From Octopus vulgaris (lineage: Eukaryota), in the NCBI GenBank assembly GCA_951406725.2, contig OX597823.1, positions 4,774,001 to 4,838,000 of the forward strand: 64,000 nt of DNA, given 5' to 3'. The notes under the pieces are model-generated. The model was not told where the DNA came from. It was given only the letters and a program-made list of their open reading frames with translations, and made no database searches. The position numbers and the translations under genes are program-made. Positions 63,827 to 64,000 of the stretch are shown here, piece by piece. Positions within the stretch are counted from its first letter, which is position 1. Each line of letters opens with the position of its first letter.

Positions 63827-64000
63827 TATATATATATATACATATATACATATATATATATATATATTTATGTATATGCTTGAAAGAAATGGAGCCAGTA
63901 TGTTTCATTGGATGTGCAATGTCAGTGTGCATGTTTGACAGAGTGTAAGCATCTTAAGAGAGAAGTTGGGCATAAGAGGCGTCAGATGTGGTGTGCAAGA

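Overview
Eukaryotic, AT- and microsatellite-rich DNA. The SINE and RTE families suggest an octopus (coleoid cephalopod); this is inference. The + strand from 1807 to 39157 carries the last nine coding exons of WDR35/IFT121 (IFT-A complex), all with GT-AG junctions and consistent phases. The rest is mostly transposable-element debris: RTE LINEs with (GAT)n tails (one ~2.5-kb copy with RT and a PHD finger), three tRNA-derived SINE families, Tc1 (DD36E spacing), maT (DD37D) and mariner remnants, two non-autonomous Helitrons, hAT and TTAA-type MITEs, and CR1, Hero, R4/Dong and Penelope-like remnants. The most striking signal is a set of about ten hammerhead-ribozyme-like motifs, mostly in (TA)n-flanked retroelements. 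One (20516-20590, - strand) has an intact core but its three strands are in a non-circularly-permuted ('swapped') order, and a decayed motif with the same topology sits in a Hero LINE 3' UTR (9036-9108). A possible multi-exon minus-strand gene at 45.9-60.9 kb is only weakly supported. All structures and family assignments were made by eye; no searches or folding were run.
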